Shown here: positions 8,501 through 16,781 of the stretch, in pieces
How the letters are laid out: the number at the start of each line of letters is the position of its first letter
Position numbering within the stretch: the stretch's first letter is position 1
Translations under genes and position numbers: made by a program
The notes under the pieces: model-generated
Databases searched by the model: none
What the model was told of the DNA's origin: nothing
Seen by the model: the letters and a program-made list of their open reading frames with translations, nothing else
From: an uncultured Candidatus Saccharibacteria bacterium
GTDB lineage: Bacteria; Patescibacteriota; Minisyncoccia; Minisyncoccales; 2-12-FULL-40-12
Length of the DNA stretch: 64,000 nt
Assembly: GCA_964518135.1 (NCBI GenBank)
Contig: CAZFEY010000001.1
Location: forward strand, 2,856-66,855
Reading direction: 5' to 3'

Positions 8501-11500
8501 CCAGAAAGTTGTAAGCTACTATAGGGCGTAATGGTAACGGTTATATTTATAGCGCCATTCACTCCTGAATATTGTACCGTAGAGGTGCCAGGATTAAGAG
8601 TCCCGGTTACTCTTAGTACGTGTGCGATTTCTGCAGGGTCAGCCCAAATACCACTAGATCCGCCTGCTAAATTTAAAGTATAGCTACCTACACCTAGATT
8701 TAAGGTAGTGCTAACATCTAAGGAATTCACGGTCATCGAAGAAGCCAATGTAATTTCCTTTCCAACGCCACCCCCAATAATAACCTCTCCGATATCTTGT
8801 TTTACAGCTGTTGAGTCCGTATAAATTGCCGTATCTGTTGCTCCATCAAAAGTTAGAGTTCCGCCTTTGGTATAAGTAGTGTCTGCATCAAGAGTAAAAC
8901 TGCCAGCGTAGTTTTGGTCTAAAGCGTTAGTATTAAAGGTACCTGCCTGAAGGCGAAAATTGCCATCCACATCAAGAGGACTGTTGGCAAGAGTTAACAT
9001 CCCGCCTCCTGTATAATCTATGGTTAGATTCCAAAAAGCGCTTGCTCCAGGGTCTAGGAGTGGAAAGGGCGGAGGAGCGCCGGGATAATCAAAAACAACT
9101 GTATTGTTGCCATGGGTGAAAATAGCTGAATTTGCCCAACCGCTACCACCACCAACATACATATCCTGCCCGTTAGCATTAAATATGCCTGCCGAATTAA
9201 TAAAACCACCATCTATGTCAACCGCATTCGTAATGAGTCTCAATGTTCCATCGCCAGAGTGAGTAAGACCATTAAAAGATTTGCCAGCGCCCACTCCTCC
9301 GGAATTCAAATCTTGAGTTCCAACTCCGGCATTAAAAGTAACAGTATTAGACCTTGGGGTAAATGTTCCGGCATTAGACCAATTACCAGCCAAAGTAATG
9401 TTGTAGTTTTGACCATCAACAGCGTCTAAGGTAGCGCCACTATCAATTGTTAAACTTCCAGTCAAAGCATTGCCGCCCGTAAGATTACCTAAAAGTTCAT
9501 AGGTTTCAGCTCCAGAAAACTGCAAAGAGTTATAAGTCGTAGTAGTAACCTCGATATTGTTGCCTACGATAACTCCGGAATATTTCACCGTGGAAGTACC
9601 CGGCGTAAGAGTACCTATTACGATTAGTGAATCCCCGACCCCATCCCCATGAACAGCAGCCGTAAGAACACCTTGTAAATCTAAGGTGTAGTTATTAGAA
9701 TTTAAATCTAAAACATTGTCTATGTTGATAGTCATCGTATCCACGGTCATACTGGATAGTAAAGTAAGCTGATTGTCTGGAGGGGCGGCGGCGGCGGACA
9801 ACAACCTAACCGTCCCTATGTTTTGTTTTGTGTCATTGGAATCAGTATAGGTTATCCCGAGACCATGATTAAAGGTAACTGTTCCGCCCTTAGTGTAAGT
9901 AGTGTTGGCTAAAAGCTCAACATCGCCAGAAAAAACTTGGCTCAATCCATTAGCATCGAAAGTTCCTCCTTGAAGCGAAAAAGTCCCATCTACATCTAAT
10001 AAGTTGGTGTCAAGTTGTTTAATTCCAGCGTTGCTTAAAGTAAGGTTATAAAAACTACTATTTGGACCGTTGTCTATGGTTTGAGTTCCAGCTGCGGCGT
10101 TGAAGGTAACTGTGCCACTTCCGGGAGTAAAAACCCAATTATTATCCCAATTGCCAGCTAAAGTAATTCCGTAGTTTTGAACGACATCAGCGCTCAAAGT
10201 TGAAACATTATCTATGGTTATATTTCCGGTTAAAGCGTTGGCGCCTGTTAAATTGCCCAATAATACATAAGTCTCGGCGCCAGAAACCTGAAGAGAATTG
10301 TAGGTGGTATTGGTAACTAGCATATTGCCCCCTCCAAAAACCGCTGAATACTTCACCGTGGAGGTTCCGGGAGTAAGGGTTCCGTCAACACGCAGCGAAT
10401 CCCTCTCGGCTGGATGCCCTGGCAGGGGCACTAAAAACACATCTTTTAAATCTAAAACATAACTATTCGAACCTAAATCGAGAGTGTTGTCGGCATCAAT
10501 CAACATTGTGTCCACGGTCATATTAGACGCAAGAGTAATCTTTTTCCCTGCTCCGCCACCGATAACAACGGTCCCAATATTTTGTGTCGCGGCCGTGGAA
10601 TCGGTATAAATCGCAGTATCTGTCGCTCCATCAAAGGTTAAAGCACCTCCTTTGGTATAACCAGTACCCAAATCCAAAGTAAAGCCACCTGCGTAATTTT
10701 GGTTTAGAGCGTTAGCGTTAAAGGTTCCATCCTGGAGACGGAAGTTGCCATCTACATCGAGATTATTGGTATCGAGAGCTATACTTCCACCTGCTCCGCT
10801 AAGATTTATGGTAAGATGCCAAAAAGAACTTGAACCGTTATTTAAGGTGTATACTGCGATTTCTGTACCATTGAATTCAACTGTGCTTGAACCGGGAGTA
10901 AAGGTACCGGAATTAGACCAGTTTCCTGAAAGAGTAGCAGTATAAGTTTCAGCGTTAAAATTTGCGCCGGCCTGGATAGTAACATCGTCAGAAATTAAGT
11001 TACCGCCCGGGGTATAAGTTTTATTCGTCCAGACAATAAAATCAACTCCCGCATCTAATGTTAGATCGCTACCAGCCACCGAAAAAGGAACTGCTAGCCC
11101 GCCTTCGCCAGTAGAAAAATCTGCATTTGTTATTGGCCCCGCTGTTTCATGTCTGGCAGTAACAGTATCAAGGCTGGAAACTGTAAAATCAGCTATGTTT
11201 GTGGTAGTCGTTGCAACAGTAACTATAGCCACATCTTCGCCAGCGCCGCCCGAGTAAAAAGTAATAATATCGCCATCGCTAAAATAATGCTGCATTGTAA
11301 AGGTAATGTTGGCGCCTGCCAATATATCGGATGTTGCTGGCACCAAGCTAGTGGGTAAACCCCCATTTATCGCTATTGTCGTGTCATTTAAATTATCTCC
11401 GCTATTATTAAATACAGTAATGTCTATCTGAAAAAGCCAATTGGTATTATTGTCAGAGTTAGTTGAGGTAATAGCCGTAACGGTTCCACCATTAATACTG

Positions 11501-12726
11501 TTAGAATCTTTAACGTCTACGTATGTAACCGAGACAGATGCGGCAGCGACAACATCTACCTCCCATTGACTTCCTGGCGTAGTACTCCTTAAGACAATTT
11601 GGTTGGCGCCGGCACCTCCAGTTAAAAGAAGATTGGTAATAGTCTGGGTTGTACCATCGGTGAAGGTAATTTGTTTGGCAGCGGTTATAGAAGTAAAGTT
11701 TTCGAATGTCGTAGAGCCAGAGATTGTTGACACCTTGCCACTGTCGTTAAAAGTCACCGAAGGATTTGCTCCATTAAAAGAACCACTCGTAAAAGCCCAA
11801 CTGCCAGATAATGCTATGGTACCGCCTACATTATATGTGGCGCCATTCAAAGTAAAATTCCCTGAAATAGTTAGTACGCTGGGATCGTTGAAGATCCCGC
11901 TAGTCAAATCAACATTACCAGTAACGCTCAATCTGTTGCCGAATACTTCTAAGACATTGTAAGTTCCGCCGGATTGGGTAAAATTACCACCGACAATAAG
12001 GTTTACAGCCACACTCAATCCTCCTCCAGATAAATCAACATTGCCAGTGGTCTCTGTATTCCCAGTACTTGTAAATGTTCCTCCTGCCACACTTAACGAA
12101 CTAGCCGTGATAGCATTACCCCCATCAGAAAAAGCAGCGATGCTGTTGGCACCAGCCATCGCGAAAGCTCCCATACCCGGTATTGCCACCGTCAAAGATA
12201 TTGAGCCGTCATATCCGTCTGTGGCACCCGCGTCGCCCGTAATAGTTAATGATTCTCCAGCTGATCCCCAAGTGCCGAGATTGTCAATGGTGACATTTTT
12301 ATCATTGGTGCTGTTAAAAGTTACTGTGTCTCCAGCGGCTGGGGCGCCATCTGGCAACCAGTTAAGATCATCTGACCAGTTTTCTGTTAATCCTTCACCG
12401 TCCCAAACTTTTGCTTCGGCCTTGACTAAAAAAGGAATAGAGGAAAACAATACCAGAATCAACAAAAATAATGTTCCAAATAAAGAAAGCCAGTGGGTAA
12501 TCTGGGCGTAAGGATTCAGATGCCAACGGTAATACGCAACTGATTTTCGTAATAAGTATCTATGCAAAGGAGCCAACTGCGGAATAGTGGTTTTTTTGGC
12601 AGAGTATGGAATCAGAAAAAGCCATTCGTTGAGCTCTTGGACTTTTTTTGAACGTTCCCTTTTCTCTTTCTCCATTTTAGCGATTCGCCTTTCTTCTTTT
12701 GTTTGAAAAATCCGCCCAAAGGCCAT
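5554..12726 (-). CDS. giant (2390 aa) membrane-anchored surface protein: N-terminal signal-anchor, long parallel beta-helix/autotransporter-like repeat region, 9x 25-aa Cys-pair repeats, C-terminal TM helices with two carboxypeptidase-regulatory-like beta-sandwich domains
   Basis: Repeated 'GNLTGANALTGSLTIDN...NITLAGNW.N.GTFTP...TVTFNA..GTQ' units; tandem WCE.EQ.FIP..EWTEERC.P repeats; 'GTVYDSITKQPLDPAYVMLQNEKGEEVTTSITDLDGRYGF...GKYTMV' CarboxypepD_reg-like; several hydrophobic helices near C-terminus. Confidence 0.8.
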   Translation of the reverse strand: MAFGRIFQTKEERRIAKMEKEKRERSKKVQELNEWLFLIPYSAKKTTIPQLAPLHRYLLRKSVAYYRWHLNPYAQITHWLSLFGTLFLLILVLFSSIPFLVKAEAKVWDGEGLTENWSDDLNWLPDGAPAAGDTVTFNSTNDKNVTIDNLGTWGSAGESLTITGDAGATDGYDGSISLTVAIPGMGAFAMAGANSIAAFSDGGNAITASSLSVAGGTFTSTGNTETTGNVDLSGGGLSVAVNLIVGGNFTQSGGTYNVLEVFGNRLSVTGNVDLTSGIFNDPSVLTISGNFTLNGATYNVGGTIALSGSWAFTSGSFNGANPSVTFNDSGKVSTISGSTTFENFTSITAAKQITFTDGTTQTITNLLLTGGAGANQIVLRSTTPGSQWEVDVVAAASVSVTYVDVKDSNSINGGTVTAITSTNSDNNTNWLFQIDITVFNNSGDNLNDTTIAINGGLPTSLVPATSDILAGANITFTMQHYFSDGDIITFYSGGAGEDVAIVTVATTTTNIADFTVSSLDTVTARHETAGPITNADFSTGEGGLAVPFSVAGSDLTLDAGVDFIVWTNKTYTPGGNLISDDVTIQAGANFNAETYTATLSGNWSNSGTFTPGSSTVEFNGTEIAVYTLNNGSSSFWHLTINLSGAGGSIALDTNNLDVDGNFRLQDGTFNANALNQNYAGGFTLDLGTGYTKGGALTFDGATDTAIYTDSTAATQNIGTVVIGGGAGKKITLASNMTVDTMLIDADNTLDLGSNSYVLDLKDVFLVPLPGHPAERDSLRVDGTLTPGTSTVKYSAVFGGGNMLVTNTTYNSLQVSGAETYVLLGNLTGANALTGNITIDNVSTLSADVVQNYGITLAGNWDNNWVFTPGSGTVTFNAAAGTQTIDNGPNSSFYNLTLSNAGIKQLDTNLLDVDGTFSLQGGTFDANGLSQVFSGDVELLANTTYTKGGTVTFNHGLGITYTDSNDTKQNIGTVRLLSAAAAPPDNQLTLLSSMTVDTMTINIDNVLDLNSNNYTLDLQGVLTAAVHGDGVGDSLIVIGTLTPGTSTVKYSGVIVGNNIEVTTTTYNSLQFSGAETYELLGNLTGGNALTGSLTIDSGATLDAVDGQNYNITLAGNWSNAGTFTPRSNTVTFNAGVGTQDLNSGGVGAGKSFNGLTHSGDGTLRLITNAVDIDGGFINSAGIFNANGQDMYVGGGSGWANSAIFTHGNNTVVFDYPGAPPPFPLLDPGASAFWNLTIDYTGGGMLTLANSPLDVDGNFRLQAGTFNTNALDQNYAGSFTLDADTTYTKGGTLTFDGATDTAIYTDSTAVKQDIGEVIIGGGVGKEITLASSMTVNSLDVSTTLNLGVGSYTLNLAGGSSGIWADPAEIAHVLRVTGTLNPGTSTVQYSGVNGAINITVTITPYSSLQLSGAETYILEGNHTGANALTGSLTIDNGATLDAVFGGDYNITLAGNWDNNGTFTPREGLVTFSAAAGTQALDSGGVGAGFLFNHLTHSGAGILQLTNNALDVDGNFLQSAGTFDTNALSQNYAGNFTLDAGTTYTKGGTLTFDGVEDNNYTDSTAVKQNIGAVVIGGGAGNELTLASSMTADIMTVNANNTLDLASNGYILNLANAGAVATVLTVNGTLTPGTNSTVQYSATNAAGNINVTTTTYNSIQFSGAETYVPVGNLTGANALTGSLTIDAAANLNADGKNITLGSNWTKNGIFSHSNNTVTFNDATQTSTISGNSTFWNFSCTTPGKTLAFQSDSTQTITSPASWEIAGAAGNNINLERAGGAGADQWNINPAAWNVDFVNVGNSVNQAALPIDPVHFVDNGNNINWFPAAVMTWCVKENAFIPQGEWTSARCDVPGGGGGPVNQWCEKEQQFIPQDEWTEERCAPDGTLWCEAEQQFIPEEEWSVDRCVPPPLTVWCEDEQRFIPQDEWTEERCVPEGAKWCEFEQHFIPEQDWTEERCTPPGTKWCGAEKQYIPIEQWTEGRCITPILKWCMKERQYIPEQDWTERRCVTDGARWCEVEQRYMPEEEWTVDRCVPPGTQWCEIEQEYISIEEWTEERCVPAVPEEEEEQKGIIDIVRGWLNSPAAEDTAKAIAMTGLIVSGLGLIGFIPISPANWGLQLLRLLSSLMIAFGLKRKSKGWGTVYDSITKQPLDPAYVMLQNEKGEEVTTSITDLDGRYGFLAEPGKYTMVANKTHYKFPSKALYGRSNDEIYSNLYFGGEVEVGEKGDVVARDIPLDREKFDWNEFAKKQKNLMKLYSQTEITFRQLADILFVVGFASAIVSVLLAPERANLIVVLLYMLLGVLISLNIKTRTFGTLSEKDTGLPLSFAILRIFNADVDKEMVKRVANQYGRYYILVPPGKYYLKIEKKNDDGSYSHIFTSKVMNVKSGVIQNRFAI
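6540..7290. repeat. about 9 diverged tandem about 75-bp repeats (encode 25-aa WCE...ERCVP units on minus strand)
   Basis: Periodic recurrence in protein and in spurious plus-strand ORFs (repeated '...LSSVHSS...'). Confidence 0.7.
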
Positions 12727-12882
12727 TTTAAAGATTATTAATTAATACCTATCTAAAGATTTGACCACGAACACAAAACAAATCTCAATCTCGAAACTTT
12801 ATCTATATTATAAAATAATAACACAACGCAAGATAAAAAAAACGGCATTTCTGCCGTTCTTAAAGTCGCGCTCTTGGCAAGA

Positions 12883-13353
12883 TCATCCGTCGTCCAACAA
12901 TCTTGCATCGATTGGACCATCGAGAGAATCTTTGAATTTTAACAACTCTTCATCCCCTTGATCAAATCTCTCTTCTATGCTTCTTGCGACCTCTGCCATC
13001 AGCATAGAGACAACGATTTTCTTCACCACTTCTTCGCGCTTTCTCTTGTTGCTGTCGTCAACAAAAGAGCTGCCCGTTATCAACCTGCATAGCACAGCAT
13101 CCTCCTCCAGAACCTTTCTGATCGCAGGATAATTACCCCACACAAAGAACTCCGTAAATGCCCTATAACTTTCGAGGTCCAAGGAGCCCCTATTGAGGAC
13201 GTCGCACAGACGAAGTAGCGTTTCTCTGCAGCGCAGCAAATGATCTCTGGCGGCTTCGGGACTACCCTTCTCATTGGGGAAATGGTCTTCTTTTCTGTTT
13301 TTTCTATTTTTTGCCACTGGCGCACCTCTTTTAGACGTTAAAGTTACTAACAC
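12883..13353 (-). CDS. hypothetical protein, GC-rich (about 50%)
   Basis: No recognisable motifs; composition departs from neighbours. Confidence 0.4.
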   Translation of the reverse strand: MLVTLTSKRGAPVAKNRKNRKEDHFPNEKGSPEAARDHLLRCRETLLRLCDVLNRGSLDLESYRAFTEFFVWGNYPAIRKVLEEDAVLCRLITGSSFVDDSNKRKREEVVKKIVVSMLMAEVARSIEERFDQGDEELLKFKDSLDGPIDARLLDDG

Positions 13354-13412
13354 AAATCATACCAAAGGCTAGCGCAAAAACAATCCAATACGCTATTTGA
13401 CACGATTAATGT

Positions 13413-14126
13413 TTAATTACGGTCTCGAAGAAAATAAATGCCGACATAAGACAAAGGAGTATAAACAGCTCCCATTGCTACCTTATAAAGCCACCAAGTA
13501 ATAATAATGCTTATGAGCGTAGGCGTTGAATACACTCCCGCAAACGCTATTACCATAAAAATTACCGTATCTAGAAATTGCGACCAAAGATTAGAAAGCA
13601 TTGATCTTAACCAGAAAAATTTCACGCCCATTTTTTCTCGCAAAAAGAAAAACGAAAATACATCTTGATATTCTGCAATTAGGAATGCAGCCAAAGAAGC
13701 TACGGCAATACGAACAGAAACACCAAAGACCTGATTATATCCTTCTTTTACCCATTCACCGTCAGCAGACCATGGTAGCGCAATCGAAAGAAGAGAATAA
13801 ACAATAAACAATGCCGTACTGATAAAACCGGCTAAAACAAAAAACTTTGCAGTTTTCTTTCCATAAACTTCTCCAATAACATCTGTCATCAAAAAAACAA
13901 CCGGAAAAGAAAATACAGCCACAGACAAATGAGAACCGAACAAAAATGGCATTATTTTCAACCCCAAAGTATTTGCCGCAAACAAAGAAGTAAGATAAAT
14001 CGCAAGAGCAATAAGAATTTTTTTGAATGATTTTTCAGGAAATTGAAACATAAAAATAAATAATTTAGTTGATAATAAATAAGTTTGTTTTTTCAAATAA
14101 AAAACCGCCTGATAGGGCAGAAACAA
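13413..14126 (-). CDS. YhhQ/VUT-family (queuosine-precursor transporter-like) integral membrane protein
   Basis: 6-7 TM helices, 'FPVVFLMTDVIGEVYGKK' resembles YhhQ/DUF165 signature (F..TD.I.E.YG...A); real start probably later Met. Confidence 0.55.
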   Translation of the reverse strand: MFLPYQAVFYLKKQTYLLSTKLFIFMFQFPEKSFKKILIALAIYLTSLFAANTLGLKIMPFLFGSHLSVAVFSFPVVFLMTDVIGEVYGKKTAKFFVLAGFISTALFIVYSLLSIALPWSADGEWVKEGYNQVFGVSVRIAVASLAAFLIAEYQDVFSFFFLREKMGVKFFWLRSMLSNLWSQFLDTVIFMVIAFAGVYSTPTLISIIITWWLYKVAMGAVYTPLSYVGIYFLRDRN

Positions 14127-14246
14127 ACTAATTCAAAATCTACCCTACGGTCTAAAAGAATGAAACTTCATATACAAACCCAGACCAAGTTTTAATCCTA
14201 TAGTTATGAAGCATATATTTTAGTTGTAGTTAAACATATTTAATCT

Positions 14247-14289
14247 TGATGGACCTAGCCAGAATCGAACTGGCGACTGATTAATGTCC
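14247..14289 (-). pseudogene. tRNA-like 3' fragment (T-arm GCCAG-TTCGATT-CTGGC + acceptor 3' strand TAGGTCC)
   Basis: Reverse complement gives canonical T-arm and acceptor strand but no complete 5' half; lies immediately 3' of tRNA-Ala. Confidence 0.35.
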
Positions 14290-14385
14290 CGACAGTTCTG
14301 GTGGACCCAGGCGGACTCGAACCGCCGTTTCCGCAATGCGAATGCGACGTCTTACCGCTGGACCATGGGCCCGCCAGAACTGTCG
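14290..14385. repeat. perfect 12-bp inverted repeat (cgacagttctgg / ccagaactgtcg) bracketing tRNA-Ala
   Basis: Arms at 14290-14301 and 14374-14385; arms include the CCA end; would form 12-bp leader/trailer stem around the pre-tRNA. Confidence 0.7.
14299..14372 (-). tRNA. tRNA-Ala (anticodon CGC), CCA encoded
   Basis: RC: GGGCCCA-TG-...-TCGCA-TTCGCAT-TGCGG-AAAC-GGCGG-TTCGAGT-CCGCC-TGGGTCC-A-CCA; G3:U70 alanine identity pair present. Confidence 0.85.
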
Positions 14386-14398
14386 AGGATCCTCGTAT

Positions 14399-14647
14399 TT
14401 ATAAATTTTTTGAAATTAATCCTTCGATCGCACGTCTCTTTTTCCAAGATTTAATCTGCAACTCTCTTTCTTTGGCATCTTTTAATAATCTATACTCTTC
14501 TTTATGCACAATTTCCCAGGGAATATATCTTTTCGTAGATTTAACTAGGCCTTTGTTATGTAAGCTAATTCTTATTTCCAAATCTTCACAACTACCGATA
14601 TAAAATGAATTATTTTTCTCAGATTTTAAAATGTATGTATAAAACAT
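14399..14647 (-). CDS. small GIY-YIG nuclease-domain protein (82 aa)
   Basis: 'MFYTYILKSEKNNSFYIGSCEDLEIRISLHNKG' GIY-YIG motif; paralog of 80..352. Confidence 0.75.
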   Translation of the reverse strand: MFYTYILKSEKNNSFYIGSCEDLEIRISLHNKGLVKSTKRYIPWEIVHKEEYRLLKDAKERELQIKSWKKRRAIEGLISKNL

Positions 14648-14715
14648 TTTAAAAAATTTATAAATCGGGACGAATGCGCCGTTCTGCCATTTAACTACAG
14701 GCCCTACTATATATA

Positions 14716-14812
14716 TGTCGGGGTGCCGGGAATTCCCGCCTGCCTATCACTATCGCTTTAGGCGATGGCGGGCAGGGAACCCGAATTACTGACTTTCACC
14801 TACCGTCGCCTT
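14716..14812 (-). other. tRNA-like conserved element (acceptor-like stem + T-arm-like CGGG-TTCCCTG-CCCG); uninterrupted copy of the element that hosts tRNA-Arg at 16795-16945
   Basis: Shares 'GGGTTCCCTGCCCGCCAT...AGGCAGGCGGG' with 16821-16931; contains 'GGTAGGTGAAAGT' similar to GIY-YIG cassette inverted repeat; the spurious ORFs beginning 'MAGREP' are its translation. Confidence 0.35.
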
Positions 14813-14820
14813 ATTTTGTC

Positions 14821-14893
14821 GGGGTACCCAGATTCGAACTGGGGTCACACGAACCCGAATCGTGTATACTACCACTGTACTATACCCCGTATC
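14821..14893 (-). tRNA. tRNA-Pro (anticodon CGG), no encoded CCA
   Basis: RC: CGGGGTA-TA-GTAC..GTAT-A-CACGA-TTCGGGT-TCGTG-TGAC-CCCAG-TTCGAAT-CTGGG-TACCCCG-A; fully Watson-Crick acceptor, U8, G37. Confidence 0.8.
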
Positions 14894-14894
14894 A

Positions 14895-15160
14895 GGCTTA
14901 TGGCGGACGAGGCCGAAGCCAGCGTAATACCGTTATACCACACCCCGAAAAACTCCCCCAGACAAGATAATATGGATTTTGGGACAATCCGCAACCTTCA
15001 ACAAAACAAATCCTCAAGAGCAAGGGATTTTATTGCTTGGGGAACATCCGCAGGCAAATTGCATGGTTCCGCGAAGCGGAAATTTGCCGAGGAACCGAGC
15101 TTGTCCCGCGCTGGCGGGACAGGGCGTATCCCCAAATATAAAATCCTTGAAGCTCCCCCC
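14895..15160. ncRNA. candidate structured non-coding RNA (GC-rich, nested hairpins and a pseudoknot), family unknown
   Basis: GGCAAATT...AATTTGCC 8-bp inverted repeat enclosing CCGC-GAAG-GCGG hairpin; loop GGTTCC pairs with downstream GGAACC; GTCCCGC-GCTG-GCGGGAC hairpin; GC about 48%; no convincing ORF. Confidence 0.3.
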
Positions 15161-16692
15161 TAACTCACCCAATACTTTTTCTTCGTCATCTCATCCTTTT
15201 TTACTATCAATTGTTCTTTGTCTTTCCTAGATTTTTTAACTAAAGACGTTAATTCTTTATCGGACAACTTACCTAGCTTTTCAGTTTCTTTTTTTAAAAA
15301 CGCTTTTTTGTTGTTTTTTGGATCTTCCAAGATAATCCCCAATAAAATATCCAAAATTTGTCCAACTTTCGGTCCTGGTTTCATTTTCAGAATTTTCATA
15401 ACATCATTCCCTGAAACCTTCAGCATTTTTGCCGAAATCGGGTCTTGCGAGACTTTATCAATGATATATTTAAGATGTCTTAATTTGTATGGTTCGGCCT
15501 TGGGAACGCCAGAACCAATTCTATCTGCCATTCTTAATTGCAAAAGTTCTTCCATATTTTCTATTCCTACCTGACGAACCAGCCTGCGCACAGACGACTC
15601 TCCAACCTCGTCCACATTATAATAAAATAGGTGATAACGAACTAGTTTTGTTATTTTCTCAATGTCTTTATTGGAAAATCTAAGACGATCTAGAATCTGA
15701 CGAGCCATTTTGGCCCCGACAATTTCGTGCCCATAAAAAGTTGAATCTGACCCTTCGCCATGCTTAACTCTTGGCTTTGCAATATCGTGCAACAAAGAGG
15801 CTATTCTTACGTTCTTGTTAAAATTTTTCTTTGCGGCAAAGTCGAGCGCCCTCATATTATGCTCATAACAAGAGTATATATGATGTTTATTCTGACCAAT
15901 ATTATAACCCTCTTCAAGTTCTGGCAAGATATGTTTCAAGAGCGAAAGTTCTCTTAACAACTCTATCCCGCCCATTGCACTTTCTGACATTATAATTTTC
16001 GAAAACTCGTCTCTTATTCTTTCTTGCGAAATATACCTAATCAAATCAGAGTTTTCCTTAATGGCTTTGGCCGTTTCATTTTCTATGTTCCAACCCATTG
16101 TGGTCGCAAAACGAACAGCCCTCATCATTCTCAAAGCGTCTTCTGAAAACCTTTCTCTGGGATTTCCAACGGCTCTAATCAGCTTTTGTTGTAAATCTTC
16201 CTGCCCATTAAAAAGATCTACGACCTTAAAACCTAAATCTTGAAGCTTAAAATCTGAATCTTTTTTTGTCGGTGCTTTAAGCTTTAAGCTTCGCGCTTCA
16301 AGGCCTAACGCTATTGCGTTTACTGTAAAATCGCGCCTAGCTAAATCTTCTTCAAGATTTTTAGCAAAACCGATGTTGTCTGGATGGCGCTTGTCCGTGT
16401 ATTTCGCTTCTTTTCGGAAGGTAGTAATTTCAACTTCTTTCAGTGAAACTTTTTTGCTGCCAGTTTGAACTGTTACCGTAAGAAATTTATTTTCACAAAA
16501 ACTATCTGGGAATATCTTTTGTATCTCTTCTGGCTTAGCATCGGTAGTTATGTCCCAATCCTCGGGATCTGCTCCTCGTAAAATATCCCTAACACACCCT
16601 CCTACAACATAGGCACCATATCCGCTTTTATGAAGTTTTTGGATAATATTCTTTATTTCCTTCGGTATTTCTATTTTTACCATTAAAATCAT
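15160..16692 (-). CDS. cca: CCA-adding enzyme / poly(A) polymerase family nucleotidyltransferase with HD domain
   Basis: 'GAYVVGGCVRDILRG...DWDITT' Pol-beta NT motif, 'RDFTVNAIA', HD domain 'LLHDIAKP'. Confidence 0.85.
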   Translation of the reverse strand: MILMVKIEIPKEIKNIIQKLHKSGYGAYVVGGCVRDILRGADPEDWDITTDAKPEEIQKIFPDSFCENKFLTVTVQTGSKKVSLKEVEITTFRKEAKYTDKRHPDNIGFAKNLEEDLARRDFTVNAIALGLEARSLKLKAPTKKDSDFKLQDLGFKVVDLFNGQEDLQQKLIRAVGNPRERFSEDALRMMRAVRFATTMGWNIENETAKAIKENSDLIRYISQERIRDEFSKIIMSESAMGGIELLRELSLLKHILPELEEGYNIGQNKHHIYSCYEHNMRALDFAAKKNFNKNVRIASLLHDIAKPRVKHGEGSDSTFYGHEIVGAKMARQILDRLRFSNKDIEKITKLVRYHLFYYNVDEVGESSVRRLVRQVGIENMEELLQLRMADRIGSGVPKAEPYKLRHLKYIIDKVSQDPISAKMLKVSGNDVMKILKMKPGPKVGQILDILLGIILEDPKNNKKAFLKKETEKLGKLSDKELTSLVKKSRKDKEQLIVKKDEMTKKKYWVS

Positions 16693-16781
16693 TCTATCTT
16701 AAAAATTGATTTTTTCAATCTTTTGAGTTAGGCTTAAAAACAGCATAACGGTTAATATTTCCTAGCAAAATTATCTTATGC

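Noticed and set aside
6335-12511. Numerous 60-160-aa ORFs on the plus strand inside the giant gene (e.g. 6335..6631, 6610..7011, 7060..7494, 11603..11962, 12041..12511)
   Set aside because: They are antisense to a continuous 2390-aa ORF with coherent domain repeats. Their repetitive Ser/Leu/Pro-rich sequences are frame artefacts of the repeats.
5554-12726. Diversity-generating retroelement targeting the giant protein
   Set aside because: No reverse-transcriptase ORF and no near-identical template/variable repeat pair with A-specific mismatches were seen in the window.
14895-15160. RNase P RNA, SRP RNA or tmRNA identity for the GC-rich structured region
   Set aside because: None of the conserved signatures (P4 'AGGAAAGTCCGGGCTCC', SRP 'GGAAG...AAGCAGC' apical motif, tmRNA GGGG 5' end with tRNA-like 3' end) could be found on either strand. 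It is kept only as an unassigned ncRNA candidate.
14765-15163. ORFs 14765..15163(+) and 16776..17027(-) both contain 'MAGREP', suggesting a conserved small protein
   Set aside because: The shared residues are the translation of the conserved 18-nt RNA-like block ATGGCGGGCAGGGAACCC in opposite genomic orientations next to tRNAs. The remaining ORF sequence is unrelated, so this is nucleotide-level rather than protein conservation.
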